64,000 nt of DNA from Candidatus Poribacteria bacterium. GTDB lineage: Bacteria; Poribacteria; WGA-4E; WGA-3G. This document shows positions 43,395 through 53,447 of this stretch, piece after piece (the first letter of the stretch is position 1; each line of letters opens with the position of its first letter). The notes below the pieces were generated by a model. The model worked only from the letters and a program-made list of their open reading frames with translations, was not told the DNA's origin and did no database searches. The DNA is taken from contig JAAXHD010000315.1 of the NCBI GenBank assembly GCA_012271015.1, forward strand, positions 26,762 to 90,761. The letters run 5' to 3'. Made by a program: the position numbers and the translations under genes.

Positions 43395-44987
43395 GTGCAA
43401 CAAAACGGAATTCAAAACTTTATCTTACTATTGTGGTTGGGGCTAGGGGTGTTGGGTTTTGACTATACTTACGCCCAAGAAATTTCAAAGCCTAAGCCGG
43501 TCAGAGTTGCTACGCCACAACGGGGCACAATTGAAGAGAAAATCACTTATACCGGAAATTTGGAAGCCGATGCGACGATCGAAATTTACGCTAATATCTC
43601 CGGGAAACTGGTTGCATTGAAGGTCAATGAGGGCGATCGAGTCAACAAAGGTTCTCTTCTCGCAGAGATTGACTCACGCGAACTGCGTATTGCGTTGAAA
43701 CAGGCACAAGCGGGATTAAAAATAGCAGAGTCCCAACTTTCAACGATTAAAGCGACCGCACAAATTAATGTCGAAACGCAAGTGAAAGCCGCTTATGCAT
43801 CGCTCGACTCGGCAAGGGTACAAGTGGAACAAGCGCAAGCATTGGCGCGTGCCCAGGTAACATCTCAGTTTGAACAAGCCGCGGCTAGCGTCACCGCTGC
43901 CGAAGCGAATCTAAAAAAGGTGTTGGCAGGCTCAAGAAATCAAGAAGTCCAACAGGCAAAAGCGGCAGTTTCCGGGGCAAAGGCGGAGTTGAAAAACGCA
44001 CAAGTTAACTTTGATCGCATGCAAAAACTCCATGAGAAGGAGGCAATCAGCGATCAAGATTTGGACAACGCCAGAGCACAACTTGACGGTGCCAAAGCAC
44101 AATACGAAAGTCTGGTTGAGCAGTTAAGCCTAATTGAAGAGGGAACGAGGCAGGAAGATATCATTGCAGCCGAAGCCCAACTCTCTCAAGTACAAGCATC
44201 ACTAGGCCTTGCTCGTGCCATGGTAGATACCCAGGATTGGAAAACACAAATCGCATTGGCACACTCTCAACTCAGGCAAGCAGAAGCGAGTTTACTCTCT
44301 TCCCAAAAACTGCTCGACATTCACGCCTGGGAATACGACATCGCCGCCGCGCAAGCACAATTCGATCAAGCAAGCGAACAGGTTGCCCTTGCCAGAAAGC
44401 GGCTTTCTGATGCAACGATAACCTCCCCTATAGACGGCATCGTGGTGAATCGAGATGCCGATATCGGGGATTACGCAGCAGCCGCGGGGACTCCGGGTGG
44501 GAATCCGATACTTACGATCGTCAAAATGGATGTCGTCAAGGCGGTTTTTACTGTCTCTGAAACTGACCTGAGCAACGTCGCAGTTCCGACTGCAGTCAGT
44601 ATTGCCACGGGGCAACAGCACCTCAAGGGAAAAATCGATTTCATCAGCCCGATTGTGGCCCCTGAAAACCGCACTGTAACCGTCAAGGCAGAGATTCCAA
44701 ATTCGGAGTATCGACTCAAGCCAGGCATGTTCGTGGAAGTCAACATAGACCTTTCAGGCCCTGATGAAACCCTACTTCTCCCTCGCGAAGCCGTTTTAGA
44801 CATCCAAGGGAAGGTCGGACATATTTTCATCGCAATAGATGGCAAGGCGCAGCAACAGCCTGTTAAAATAGGACTCACGTGGGGCGAAAGCATTTCAATT
44901 ATTGAAGGTCTCACCGATTCTACACCCGTGATTATCAGTGGGCATCGACAACTCACAGACGGGACCGAAATTTTAATTGTGAAATAA
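43395..44987 (+). CDS. RND/HlyD-type periplasmic adaptor (membrane fusion protein) with extended coiled coil
   Basis: Lipoyl-like KVNEGDRVNKGSLLAEID. A very long Ala/Gln-rich hairpin. ITSPIDGIVV beta-barrel block. GTG start behind AAGGAG. Confidence 0.8.
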   Translation: MQQNGIQNFILLLWLGLGVLGFDYTYAQEISKPKPVRVATPQRGTIEEKITYTGNLEADATIEIYANISGKLVALKVNEGDRVNKGSLLAEIDSRELRIALKQAQAGLKIAESQLSTIKATAQINVETQVKAAYASLDSARVQVEQAQALARAQVTSQFEQAAASVTAAEANLKKVLAGSRNQEVQQAKAAVSGAKAELKNAQVNFDRMQKLHEKEAISDQDLDNARAQLDGAKAQYESLVEQLSLIEEGTRQEDIIAAEAQLSQVQASLGLARAMVDTQDWKTQIALAHSQLRQAEASLLSSQKLLDIHAWEYDIAAAQAQFDQASEQVALARKRLSDATITSPIDGIVVNRDADIGDYAAAAGTPGGNPILTIVKMDVVKAVFTVSETDLSNVAVPTAVSIATGQQHLKGKIDFISPIVAPENRTVTVKAEIPNSEYRLKPGMFVEVNIDLSGPDETLLLPREAVLDIQGKVGHIFIAIDGKAQQQPVKIGLTWGESISIIEGLTDSTPVIISGHRQLTDGTEILIVK

Positions 44988-45019
44988 CCCAAGGTTGAAA
45001 ATATAAGGAAATTTACGAC

Positions 45020-48000
45020 ATGAACCTCACAAAAATTTGTGTTGAACACCCCGTCCTCGCAGTCATGCTCAATCTCGTGTTTATATTCCTCGGCATCGTT
45101 TCGTTTGCAACGTTGTCCATGGACCTCTTCCCGCAAGTTGATGTTCCGATGGTGACGGTAAGGACTGTCTGGCCGGGGGCAGCCCCGAAGGAGATTGAAA
45201 GTCAAATTACCAAAGAGATTGAAGATGCCGTCGCTACAATTAGTGGTATCGAAAGCATTGAGTCCTACTCTCTTGATAGCGTCTCAATTGTTACGATTAC
45301 CTTTGAGTTCGGTACCGATGTCAATTTTGCCCACATTGATGTGAAAGACAAAGTTGATGCAATTGTTTCTGAGTTGCCCGATGACGCGGATCCACCGATC
45401 GCTGAAAAACTAGATCTCGGAGCCTCTCCAATCATGGAGTTAATGCTTACAGGGAACCGACCTCTGCAGGATTTGCATGCGTTAGCAGATGGCGAAGTGA
45501 AGGATACCTTATCACGGGTGACAGGTGTCGCGAGCGTTGATATTGTCGGTGGCGAACAGCGGGAGATCCAGGTAAATCTCTCCAAAGAACGGTTGACAGG
45601 GTATGGGCTTTCGATCACGGATGTCGTACAAGCGGTAGGAACCGGCAATATATCGATTCCCGCCGGGCGAATCACACAATCGAAAGATGAATTTACTGTT
45701 CGGATGGAAGGGGAATTCACAAGCCTTAGCGAATTATGGCATTTAGACATTTTTCTTCCGTCAGGTGGGTCAGTCAAATTAGGGGAACTCGCATCCGTTG
45801 ATGATACGCTAGCGGAGAAACGGATGACCGCTCGCTATAGTGGTCAAGAAGGTGTTTCGCTCAGTATTGTTAAACTCAGCGGGGCCCAACCCATTGAACT
45901 CGTGGATGATGTCCGTAAAGCAATCATCGCACTTGAGACACAGCTTCCAGCGGATGTGGAAATTCAAGTCGTCAAGGACGAGTCAGTCAGCATAGTAGAT
46001 TCAGTGAATGACGTTCAGACAAACATCATTATCGGGGTCATCCTAACTTCAATCGTCCTCTATCTGTTTCTCCACAATCTGCGAATGACAATTATCGTTG
46101 CGATTGTGATGCCAGCGTGTATCCTTTCAGCGTTCCTACTGATGGGGGCGTTCGGATTTACGTTAAACATTATGTCAATGCTCGGCCTCGGACTCTCTAT
46201 TGGGACGCTTGTTGTCAATGCCATTGTCATCTTAGAAAATGTGACGCGACGGCTGGATGCCGGCGAGCCTGCAAAGATTGCAGCCATCGAAGGCACCCAA
46301 GAGGTTACTGTCGCCGTAATCGGTTCAACGCTGACAAACATCTTCGTTTTCATTCCGATTGCATATATGTCCGGGATGGTTGGCGCATTTTTTATAGAGT
46401 TCGGACTGACAGTCGTTTTCGCCACGATCTTTTCCCTCTGGATGTCGTTTACGATGACCCCAATGTTAGCTGCCGCCCTGCTTAAACCGAAGGCGGCGGA
46501 TCATATCCCGAATCCTTTTTTTCGACTTTGGAATCGCGGTATGGAGTCGTTAGAACGCTACTACGCCAGGGTCCTGGATTGGTCGCTCCGATATCTCTGG
46601 GTCAACGTAGCGGGAGCAATTCTTCTCATCGTCGGATCACTCTTTTTATTTCCTACGTTGGGCATCGAATTTATCCCGGAGTCCAACGGGGATTTCATTA
46701 CTGTGAGTGTAGAACTCGCTCCCGGTACGACATTAGCCGAGACGGATGAGATGCTGTCGGAGATGGAGGCACTCTTGCAAAGCTCCCCTGGAGTCAAAGA
46801 TGTCTTGACAAAAATTGGGAAAAGTGGCAGAACTAACGCGGGGGTCGAGTACGCCGAGATGTTAGTCGTCCTGCCCAAAGGGCATAAAAAGCACATCCTT
46901 GAAGTTAATAATGAACTCCGGACGGCCTTGGAAGGTAAATTTCCCGGAGTTGTTCGGCAGCAGACGTTACCCGGGGTCGGCGGACTTCCCGGGGGGGCAG
47001 ACATCACAATTGAGGTGTTGGGAAATGAAACGGAGAAACTGATTGAAATTACCAACCACGTCAAAAACATCGTAGATACCATGCCCGGATTGGTGGAGAC
47101 AAGAACGACTGTCCGGACCGGCAAACCCGAAATGACCTTTCTGCCTGATAGAAACCGGCTCAAAGATTACGGCATAACGGTATCAGAGATCGGGCAGCTC
47201 CTCAACTACAGTATCACAGGTGCAATCGCATCCACATACCAAGAAGGGGACGAAGACTACGACATTCGGATTCAACTGGCAAAGACCGACCTGAATATCG
47301 CTGAACAAGTTGACCGTATCCTGCTCCGAACCCAAAAAGGATTAGTTCCATTGTCTGCATTGGGATCGCTGGTCGAACGTTCGGGTGAAACGCGAATTAT
47401 GCGCGCCGACAAACAGCGGATGTTTGTCGTCGACGCAAACATCATTAAAGGTTCCCTTGGGGAAGTCACCGGCGCAATTCAACAACAGGTTAATCAAATG
47501 GCGTTACCCCCCGGTTATCAAATTCGGATGGGCGGCGATGCTGAACAGCAAGTCGAGTCCTTTCAGGCGATTGCCATCGCCTTAGTTCAAGCGATCCTCC
47601 TGACCTACATGTTACTTGCTGCACTCTTAGGCTCTTACCTGCACTCCTTTACAATTATGTTGACGCTCCCCCTTGGATTCGTTGGGGCAGTGTTGTCAAT
47701 GTCGATCCTCGGATTGACCCTTAATATGTTTTCCCTTCTGGCAATCGTCATGCTAGTTGGGATTGTCGTCAACGACGCAATTTTGCTACTCGAGCAGACC
47801 CGCATCTTTCGAGAGCAAGGCATGCCAATCAAGGAGGCACTCGTGAAGGCAGGCCCCCTCAAATTACGGACGATTATCATGACCAATTTGACCATCATCG
47901 TCAGTATGTACCCACAGACGCTCGGAGATCAAGGGACAGCAATTATGCGGGCAACCTTAGCGGGGGTCGAAATCGGCGGGATTATCGTGCAAACACTCTG

Positions 48001-48076
48001 TACGCTGACCGTCATCCCTGTGCTTTACATGATTCTCGATCGGTTTTCTATGCGCAGATACAGCGCAGATACATAA
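45020..48076 (+). CDS. RND efflux permease (AcrB/HAE1-like)
   Basis: 1018 aa with a 12-TM layout and two large periplasmic loops. Typical N-terminus MNLTKICVEHPVLAVMLNL. Confidence 0.85.
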   Translation: MNLTKICVEHPVLAVMLNLVFIFLGIVSFATLSMDLFPQVDVPMVTVRTVWPGAAPKEIESQITKEIEDAVATISGIESIESYSLDSVSIVTITFEFGTDVNFAHIDVKDKVDAIVSELPDDADPPIAEKLDLGASPIMELMLTGNRPLQDLHALADGEVKDTLSRVTGVASVDIVGGEQREIQVNLSKERLTGYGLSITDVVQAVGTGNISIPAGRITQSKDEFTVRMEGEFTSLSELWHLDIFLPSGGSVKLGELASVDDTLAEKRMTARYSGQEGVSLSIVKLSGAQPIELVDDVRKAIIALETQLPADVEIQVVKDESVSIVDSVNDVQTNIIIGVILTSIVLYLFLHNLRMTIIVAIVMPACILSAFLLMGAFGFTLNIMSMLGLGLSIGTLVVNAIVILENVTRRLDAGEPAKIAAIEGTQEVTVAVIGSTLTNIFVFIPIAYMSGMVGAFFIEFGLTVVFATIFSLWMSFTMTPMLAAALLKPKAADHIPNPFFRLWNRGMESLERYYARVLDWSLRYLWVNVAGAILLIVGSLFLFPTLGIEFIPESNGDFITVSVELAPGTTLAETDEMLSEMEALLQSSPGVKDVLTKIGKSGRTNAGVEYAEMLVVLPKGHKKHILEVNNELRTALEGKFPGVVRQQTLPGVGGLPGGADITIEVLGNETEKLIEITNHVKNIVDTMPGLVETRTTVRTGKPEMTFLPDRNRLKDYGITVSEIGQLLNYSITGAIASTYQEGDEDYDIRIQLAKTDLNIAEQVDRILLRTQKGLVPLSALGSLVERSGETRIMRADKQRMFVVDANIIKGSLGEVTGAIQQQVNQMALPPGYQIRMGGDAEQQVESFQAIAIALVQAILLTYMLLAALLGSYLHSFTIMLTLPLGFVGAVLSMSILGLTLNMFSLLAIVMLVGIVVNDAILLLEQTRIFREQGMPIKEALVKAGPLKLRTIIMTNLTIIVSMYPQTLGDQGTAIMRATLAGVEIGGIIVQTLCTLTVIPVLYMILDRFSMRRYSADT

Positions 48077-48131
48077 GTGTCTACACGACCAGCAGCGAAT
48101 GTAATAGGAAGTCTGGAGGTGAATGTGAATT

Positions 48132-48593
48132 ATGCAGGTAACCAAAGATTCTCATAGCAGATTAGGACCTCGGCGGGCAGTGAAAGAGACGTTTCTGCTG
48201 TGTGTCGTGTTTCTCATCGCCCTTACCCTCTTTTTCGTGACCCTCCACTTTATCGCTGCCAAAGAAGCAGACCACGAGTTGGAAAAACGACCGCGGGGAT
48301 TACTCTTAGGCTGGTTAACGACGATTACAATCGGTCTCCTCCTGGGAAGAGCTCGACAGGAGAGAGCTATTCCATTGCCTAAATCGCTCGTTGTTATTCG
48401 GGAATCACTCCAAGCTGCTATGTTGTTACTTTTTTTTGCATTCCTCTCTTACGGCTCCTACTTCGTATACACATCGAGAGCGTTGATTGTCCATCGTCCT
48501 TGGGGCCTTCTGATTGGATGGTTCGCCTTTTTAGTGTTCATTGTATTCTTTGTGAAAACCAGGCATCTCATTTGCTCTGTGCGCCGTAAATAA
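48132..48593 (+). CDS. small membrane protein of unknown function
   Basis: 153 aa with four hydrophobic spans. Directly downstream of the RND gene, with GGAGGTG upstream. Confidence 0.45.
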   Translation: MQVTKDSHSRLGPRRAVKETFLLCVVFLIALTLFFVTLHFIAAKEADHELEKRPRGLLLGWLTTITIGLLLGRARQERAIPLPKSLVVIRESLQAAMLLLFFAFLSYGSYFVYTSRALIVHRPWGLLIGWFAFLVFIVFFVKTRHLICSVRRK

Positions 48594-48652
48594 CCAGAAA
48601 TTGCGAGTTGCCATGGTCCGATTTACTGCTTATTCGGTTAGTGAGGTTCTGG

Positions 48653-50077
48653 CTATAAACACCACGCATAAGGACCGGGACCTGTCCGGCGAACCATCTC
48701 AGCGATCTGCTGACGCATCTGAGTGATACGGTTTTGATGTTCCGGACGATTGGCAACGTTTTGCATTTCACCCGGGTCGGTTTTTAGGTCATACAGTTCA
48801 TCAATATCGAATCGGTTCCGAATATATTTCCAGTGCCCCTCGACGATCATCATACAAGCCGCCAACTCTTCAGGTTCATTTGCGTTGTGATAGATGGCAT
48901 CGAGGCTGGCAATTTCAGCGAAAATCGGTTGGTACTCAGGTTCTCGTCCGTTCAAAATCGCTTCTGCGACGGATCGCCCATCAATCAGCGTCTCTGGTGC
49001 CTGCCCCGCGAAACCCAGCAAGGTCGGCATCAGATCCACACCTGCCAGAGGGGTCGTGACTCGAAAACCAGGCGGCAGATGGTTCTGCCATGAGAGCAGA
49101 CACGGCACCCGCACCGAAGCCTCATACATCAAACACTTCTCAGTGTAGCCGTGGTCGCCGAGCAACTCGCCGTGATCACTCATGAAGACGACAACCGTAT
49201 TTGTTCCCTCAAGGGCATTCAGTAGGCGTCCGACTTGGTTGTCGATGTGTGTAATTAAGGCATAGTAGTAGGTCATCATTCGACGAAATTCAGCGTCACT
49301 GACCGTCGAAGGGATACGGAATTTTCCGCGCTTTTGAAATTCGGGCTTCCCATCAAGTGGATCACGCAACGAAGCGGATAGGGGCATATCTTCCTCACGA
49401 TAGCGTTCGGGTAGGTCCGGCGGCACCAAGACAAGAGGGTGTGGGTCTTTGATACTCGCAAATAGGAAGAACGGGGCATCCTCTTGTTGTTGAACAAATT
49501 CGAGCGAACGGTCAATTGTCCAAGTTGTGCGTTGCTGTCGAGGGTCATTGATCGTGCCGAATGCAAGAATATTTCCGTATTGCGTCATGCCGGGTGCCCC
49601 TGAGCGATAGAGGTTTTCAACCCCTTCCGCATTAAAATAATCAAACAGCGGGTCTGGATAGTCTCCGAGATAACGATAGGTGCACCAAAAATCAGAAAAT
49701 CCGTGTTGTGGGCGGTGGTCGTCTCCCAGATGCCACGGTCCAACGATACCACAACGATAGCCAGCACGTTTGAGCACATCCCCAATCGTGATGCGGTCGT
49801 GAGGTAGATAGCCGCCGAACTCGTCCATTCTTTTAGGTCCGTAATTCCGCAGTTGTAAATGCGCATGCGGATAGAGTCCAGTCAACCAACTTGCGCGTGC
49901 GGGTGAGCAGACCGGCGATGCACAGTAAGCGTTTTCAAAGCAGATGCCGCTCGCTGCTAACTGATCTAGATGGGGTGTTTGAACGACTGGACTGCCAGCG
50001 AACCCGGCAGCGTCCCACCGCATCTGATCACACATAATGAGTACGATATTGGGTCGAGAGGTTGTTGTGCTACCCAT
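48653..50077 (-). CDS. Cys-type sulfatase (arylsulfatase family)
   Basis: PNIVLIMCDQMRWD. Formylglycine motif C-x-P-x-R in SPVCSPARASWLTGLYPH. DHGELLGDHG. Confidence 0.85.
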   Translation of the reverse strand: MGSTTTSRPNIVLIMCDQMRWDAAGFAGSPVVQTPHLDQLAASGICFENAYCASPVCSPARASWLTGLYPHAHLQLRNYGPKRMDEFGGYLPHDRITIGDVLKRAGYRCGIVGPWHLGDDHRPQHGFSDFWCTYRYLGDYPDPLFDYFNAEGVENLYRSGAPGMTQYGNILAFGTINDPRQQRTTWTIDRSLEFVQQQEDAPFFLFASIKDPHPLVLVPPDLPERYREEDMPLSASLRDPLDGKPEFQKRGKFRIPSTVSDAEFRRMMTYYYALITHIDNQVGRLLNALEGTNTVVVFMSDHGELLGDHGYTEKCLMYEASVRVPCLLSWQNHLPPGFRVTTPLAGVDLMPTLLGFAGQAPETLIDGRSVAEAILNGREPEYQPIFAEIASLDAIYHNANEPEELAACMMIVEGHWKYIRNRFDIDELYDLKTDPGEMQNVANRPEHQNRITQMRQQIAEMVRRTGPGPYAWCL

Positions 50078-50208
50078 CTTTTTTTAATTTTACCTCGCGG
50101 AGTTATGAACGGAGTTGCTTACTTCACAAGAAACACCCAAGCAAAACCCTTCCATCACATTATGGGCTTATGGTTTTGTTTTATCTTTAATTCTGTACCC
50201 AAAGCAGC

Positions 50209-50294
50209 AGCCTGCAACAACGGCGCAGGCGGATATACGGAGAGGCACTTCATCCATCAAACCGAACTGACCGAACCGCAAGGAAAAATTAAAA
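50209..50294 (+). promoter_or_regulatory. conserved 86-nt leader, copy 2 (orphan)
   Basis: 80 of 86 positions identical to 37878-37963. It is followed only by an 8-codon ORF (ATG 50299), and the 3' end of a minus-strand gene abuts it at 50297. Confidence 0.45.
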
Positions 50295-50296
50295 TA

Positions 50297-50680
50297 TTAT
50301 GGCGCGAAACTCGATCGCAGTTTGATGCCCCAGCGTCCCGATTCGTAGGTTAAAACGTAGAGCGATTCGTAGGAAGCAATGATCGTACCATCGGCGCGAT
50401 AACGTGTGAATTGTGTGTCAACATGGACTTTGGAGTCTGAGATATGGACAATATTGCGTCTGTCCCAACCACTATGGTGCCACCCTCTTGCGGTCAGGTT
50501 CTTTCTTATTCTCTCGACATCTTGCTCACCCGGTTCGTTGAGGACTCGCATGTTGCCAGAAGCGAGACGGTAGTGCGGAAAGTGGAACATTTTCTCCCAT
50601 ACAACTGTGTCAAGACGATTAAATGCCGCCATCCACGTGTCAAGAACCTCTATGATTTCAGTTTCGATTTTTTCTTTCAT
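50297..50680 (-). CDS. NTF2/SnoaL-like fold protein
   Basis: 127 aa. IIEVLDTWMAAFNRLD... is typical of SnoaL/DUF4440-like cone-shaped domains. Confidence 0.5.
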   Translation of the reverse strand: MKEKIETEIIEVLDTWMAAFNRLDTVVWEKMFHFPHYRLASGNMRVLNEPGEQDVERIRKNLTARGWHHSGWDRRNIVHISDSKVHVDTQFTRYRADGTIIASYESLYVLTYESGRWGIKLRSSFAP

Positions 50681-50793
50681 TGTTGATTCCTCAAATAGAT
50701 ATTACCAAACGCCCACTATTCTATCAAAAATCTCCTATACATACAAGTGGACAATTCTCGACGAAAGTTAGGGGTATTAATACGGCGACCAGT

Positions 50794-51933
50794 TTATCGT
50801 TGACTCTCTTTGACAGCGCGTTCAAAGGCGCAGAGCAGACTTTGGATATCCTGACGTAATACGGTTGGATTCACAGTCAGCATGATACGTCCGGCGTGAT
50901 CGCCCTCTGATGGAGATATAGATACCGAATGTTTCTTAAGCACCTCGACGAAACGTGTACTATCAACATCTGATTCTAACTTCAGTGGAAATATATTAGA
51001 ACCGTGCTCAAAAGGTTCAACAGTGATGCTCTCCAGCGCGTTGATTGTCTCAAAAAGGACGCTTGCCCGCGTCATTGCAAGATTGAAACGTTCTTCAAAC
51101 CCATCTATGCCCTGAAGTGCCAACGCCGCCGCAAAGTTTGCTGATGCCAACCCGCCGCCAAACATACGACGGTCGTGATACAATCCATCCATGAACTCAG
51201 CCGTGCCTGCTAATATCGCCCCGAACGGTGCTCCAAAATATTTGTACAGCGACACGTACACTGTATCAAACAACGCCGCATAATCCGCGGGTGGAATGCC
51301 GGTCGCGCCTGACATCATGTAGAGCCTCGCGCCATCAAGATGGCTCCCAATCTGTCTGTCTCGACAGTAGTCCATTACCGCCTTCATTTCGTCAAACGGC
51401 ATAATCCTCCCCAATTGGCGGCGCACAGGGCTTTCGACCATCACTGCCCCAACCGGATTGATGACTCTTCCGCTCTCTGCTTGCTCTACTGTGGTTCTCA
51501 AGGTCTCGAGTGTAAAATAGGGGTCCCCCTTTGCCAAGGGTATAAGGTTTATGTTACTCAGCCGCGTTACACAATCGCCACTATCATTGTAGAGATGACT
51601 TTGCTCCTGGACGATCGCACGCGGTTTGATACCGCAGAGTTTTCGAATAGCAAGATGGTTGGTGAGTGTACCCGTCGGCATAAAGACTGCCGCCTCCTTG
51701 CCCAACATTTCAGCGCATTTTTTTTCAAGCTCTTCCACATTGCCACCAAGGGAATAGGAATCTTCTTTAAGCGTAAACTCTTGGTCGAACTCAGCAAGCC
51801 GCTGTAGCATCATTGAAGGCGTTTTCGGTTCTCCGTCCCCTCGAAAAATAACGGTGTTGCTCGGGGCAACATCACGGATAGGCGTCGTATCTAATCGGAG
51901 CAATTGGGTAGCATGGCGGTTCGTTGTTTGCAT
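50794..51933 (-). CDS. PLP-dependent threonine-aldolase-like (beta-eliminating lyase family) enzyme
   Basis: DSYSLGGNVEELEKKCAEMLGKEAAVFMPTGTLTNHLA, HLDGARL, PLP-lysine context VSLYKYFGAPFG. Start moved to ATG 51931-51933 behind AAGGAGGTG. Confidence 0.65.
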   Translation of the reverse strand: MQTTNRHATQLLRLDTTPIRDVAPSNTVIFRGDGEPKTPSMMLQRLAEFDQEFTLKEDSYSLGGNVEELEKKCAEMLGKEAAVFMPTGTLTNHLAIRKLCGIKPRAIVQEQSHLYNDSGDCVTRLSNINLIPLAKGDPYFTLETLRTTVEQAESGRVINPVGAVMVESPVRRQLGRIMPFDEMKAVMDYCRDRQIGSHLDGARLYMMSGATGIPPADYAALFDTVYVSLYKYFGAPFGAILAGTAEFMDGLYHDRRMFGGGLASANFAAALALQGIDGFEERFNLAMTRASVLFETINALESITVEPFEHGSNIFPLKLESDVDSTRFVEVLKKHSVSISPSEGDHAGRIMLTVNPTVLRQDIQSLLCAFERAVKESQR

Positions 51934-52088
51934 CAAAATCACCTCCTTAAGAAGTTTCCTGTACATATCATATCACTTTTTTGCAAGATTGTAAAAAGTT
52001 GTCGCTTCCTTTCTCCAAATCGGATATACTGCTACAGAATCTCAATTCGGTAAGGTAAAATTAAAATTCCGCAAGGAAAGTTTAAAAA

Positions 52089-53441
52089 ATGAACATTGTC
52101 TTTCTATTTTCAGATGAACACGCCAGGGCTGTGATGGGGAATAGCGGGCATCCGAGTATCCGAACCTCTCATCTTGACCGTCTTGCCGAACAGAGTTACA
52201 CCTTCGACAACGCCTATTGCAATTATCCAATCTGTACGCCTTCACGTTTATCAATGCTCACCGGGCGTTATCCGCATCAAATTGGAGCATGGGATTTGGG
52301 CGTAATTCCGGATCGGCAGTACCCAACGTGGGGGGATTACTTGACGGAGGCGGACTATGAGACCGTCTTGTGCGGACGGACGCACTTCAACGGAACCGAC
52401 CGGCTCCACGGTTTCTCGCATCGCTTGCTGGACGATCTGCCTCGATGGTGTAACAGAAATGGAAGACCGCCACGGCGCACCGCTGACGCACGTCGCGGTT
52501 CTAATTCACACGTCACCGAATGCGGACCCGGAGACCACGAACATACACGATACGACAGAAACGTCACAGACTTAGCTGTGGATTTCCTTCGCGAAAAAGC
52601 CGCGTCACCGGACGACAAACCGTTCCTACTCTACTGCGGATTCATGCACCCACACTTCCCACTGATCGCACCGCCCGAATTCTTTTCACTGTATGATCCA
52701 GACACACTCGAATTACCTGCGACATGGAACGAACCGCTCGAATCTCAACATCCGATCATCCAACACCACCGTTGGGCATGGCGGAACGACATCCCACCCC
52801 CTGAAAGTGTTGTGCGTTGTGCGTTAGCCTCGTACTACGCCCTTGTCTCGGCTCTCGATGCGCAAATTGGAAGGATACTTGAAGCGATTGACACGTCGTC
52901 CTTACACGAGAATACGGTTGTCATCTATACCAGCGATCACGGCGAGATGGCGGGACACCACGGCATCTGGCAGAAGCAGTGTTTCTATGAACCAGCGGTA
53001 AGCGTGCCGTTGATGCTTCGCCTACCTTCAGGTGAGAACGGTCGCGTGGCAGACAACGTCTCTTTAGTGGATGTCTTACCGACTTTGTTGGAGATTGCTG
53101 ATTTGGAGACACCTTCTGATCTACCGGGCGACAGCCTGCTGGGGATAGCACGACAGAAAGCACAGGAAACAACGCGCGCCGTCTTTTCAGAGTACCATCA
53201 CATGGGTATGCTTAATGCTGGCTTCATGCTCAAGCGTGGGGATTACAAATTGTGTTATTACGTCAGAAGTGAACCGCAACTGTTCAACGTGGGCATTGAT
53301 CCGTTGGAGAACGATGACTTGGCATTGAAGTCTGAATATACGACGATACGTAATGAAATGGAAGTGTCCCTACGCGCAGTGGTCAATCCAGAGCAAGAGG
53401 ATGCTCGGGCCAAAGAGAATCAAAGAATACGGAGAGCGTAG
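52089..53441 (+). CDS. Cys-type sulfatase
   Basis: MNIVFLFSDEH. C-x-P-x-R in YPICTPSRLSMLTGRYPH. YTSDHGEMAGHHG. Confidence 0.85.
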   Translation: MNIVFLFSDEHARAVMGNSGHPSIRTSHLDRLAEQSYTFDNAYCNYPICTPSRLSMLTGRYPHQIGAWDLGVIPDRQYPTWGDYLTEADYETVLCGRTHFNGTDRLHGFSHRLLDDLPRWCNRNGRPPRRTADARRGSNSHVTECGPGDHEHTRYDRNVTDLAVDFLREKAASPDDKPFLLYCGFMHPHFPLIAPPEFFSLYDPDTLELPATWNEPLESQHPIIQHHRWAWRNDIPPPESVVRCALASYYALVSALDAQIGRILEAIDTSSLHENTVVIYTSDHGEMAGHHGIWQKQCFYEPAVSVPLMLRLPSGENGRVADNVSLVDVLPTLLEIADLETPSDLPGDSLLGIARQKAQETTRAVFSEYHHMGMLNAGFMLKRGDYKLCYYVRSEPQLFNVGIDPLENDDLALKSEYTTIRNEMEVSLRAVVNPEQEDARAKENQRIRRA

Positions 53442-53447
53442 GTTGTT

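Noticed and set aside
42640-47163. Several long antisense ORFs inside the efflux operon (42640-43293, 44471-45205, 45265-45777, 46561-47163)
   Set aside because: They overlap well-supported TolC, MFP and RND genes on the opposite strand, and their translations are low-complexity. They are shadow ORFs.
49970-50353. 127-aa plus-strand ORF spanning the sulfatase start, the leader copy and the NTF2-like gene end
   Set aside because: It overlaps two supported minus-strand genes. Its middle is the conserved non-coding 86-mer, which in the other copy is not part of any ORF.
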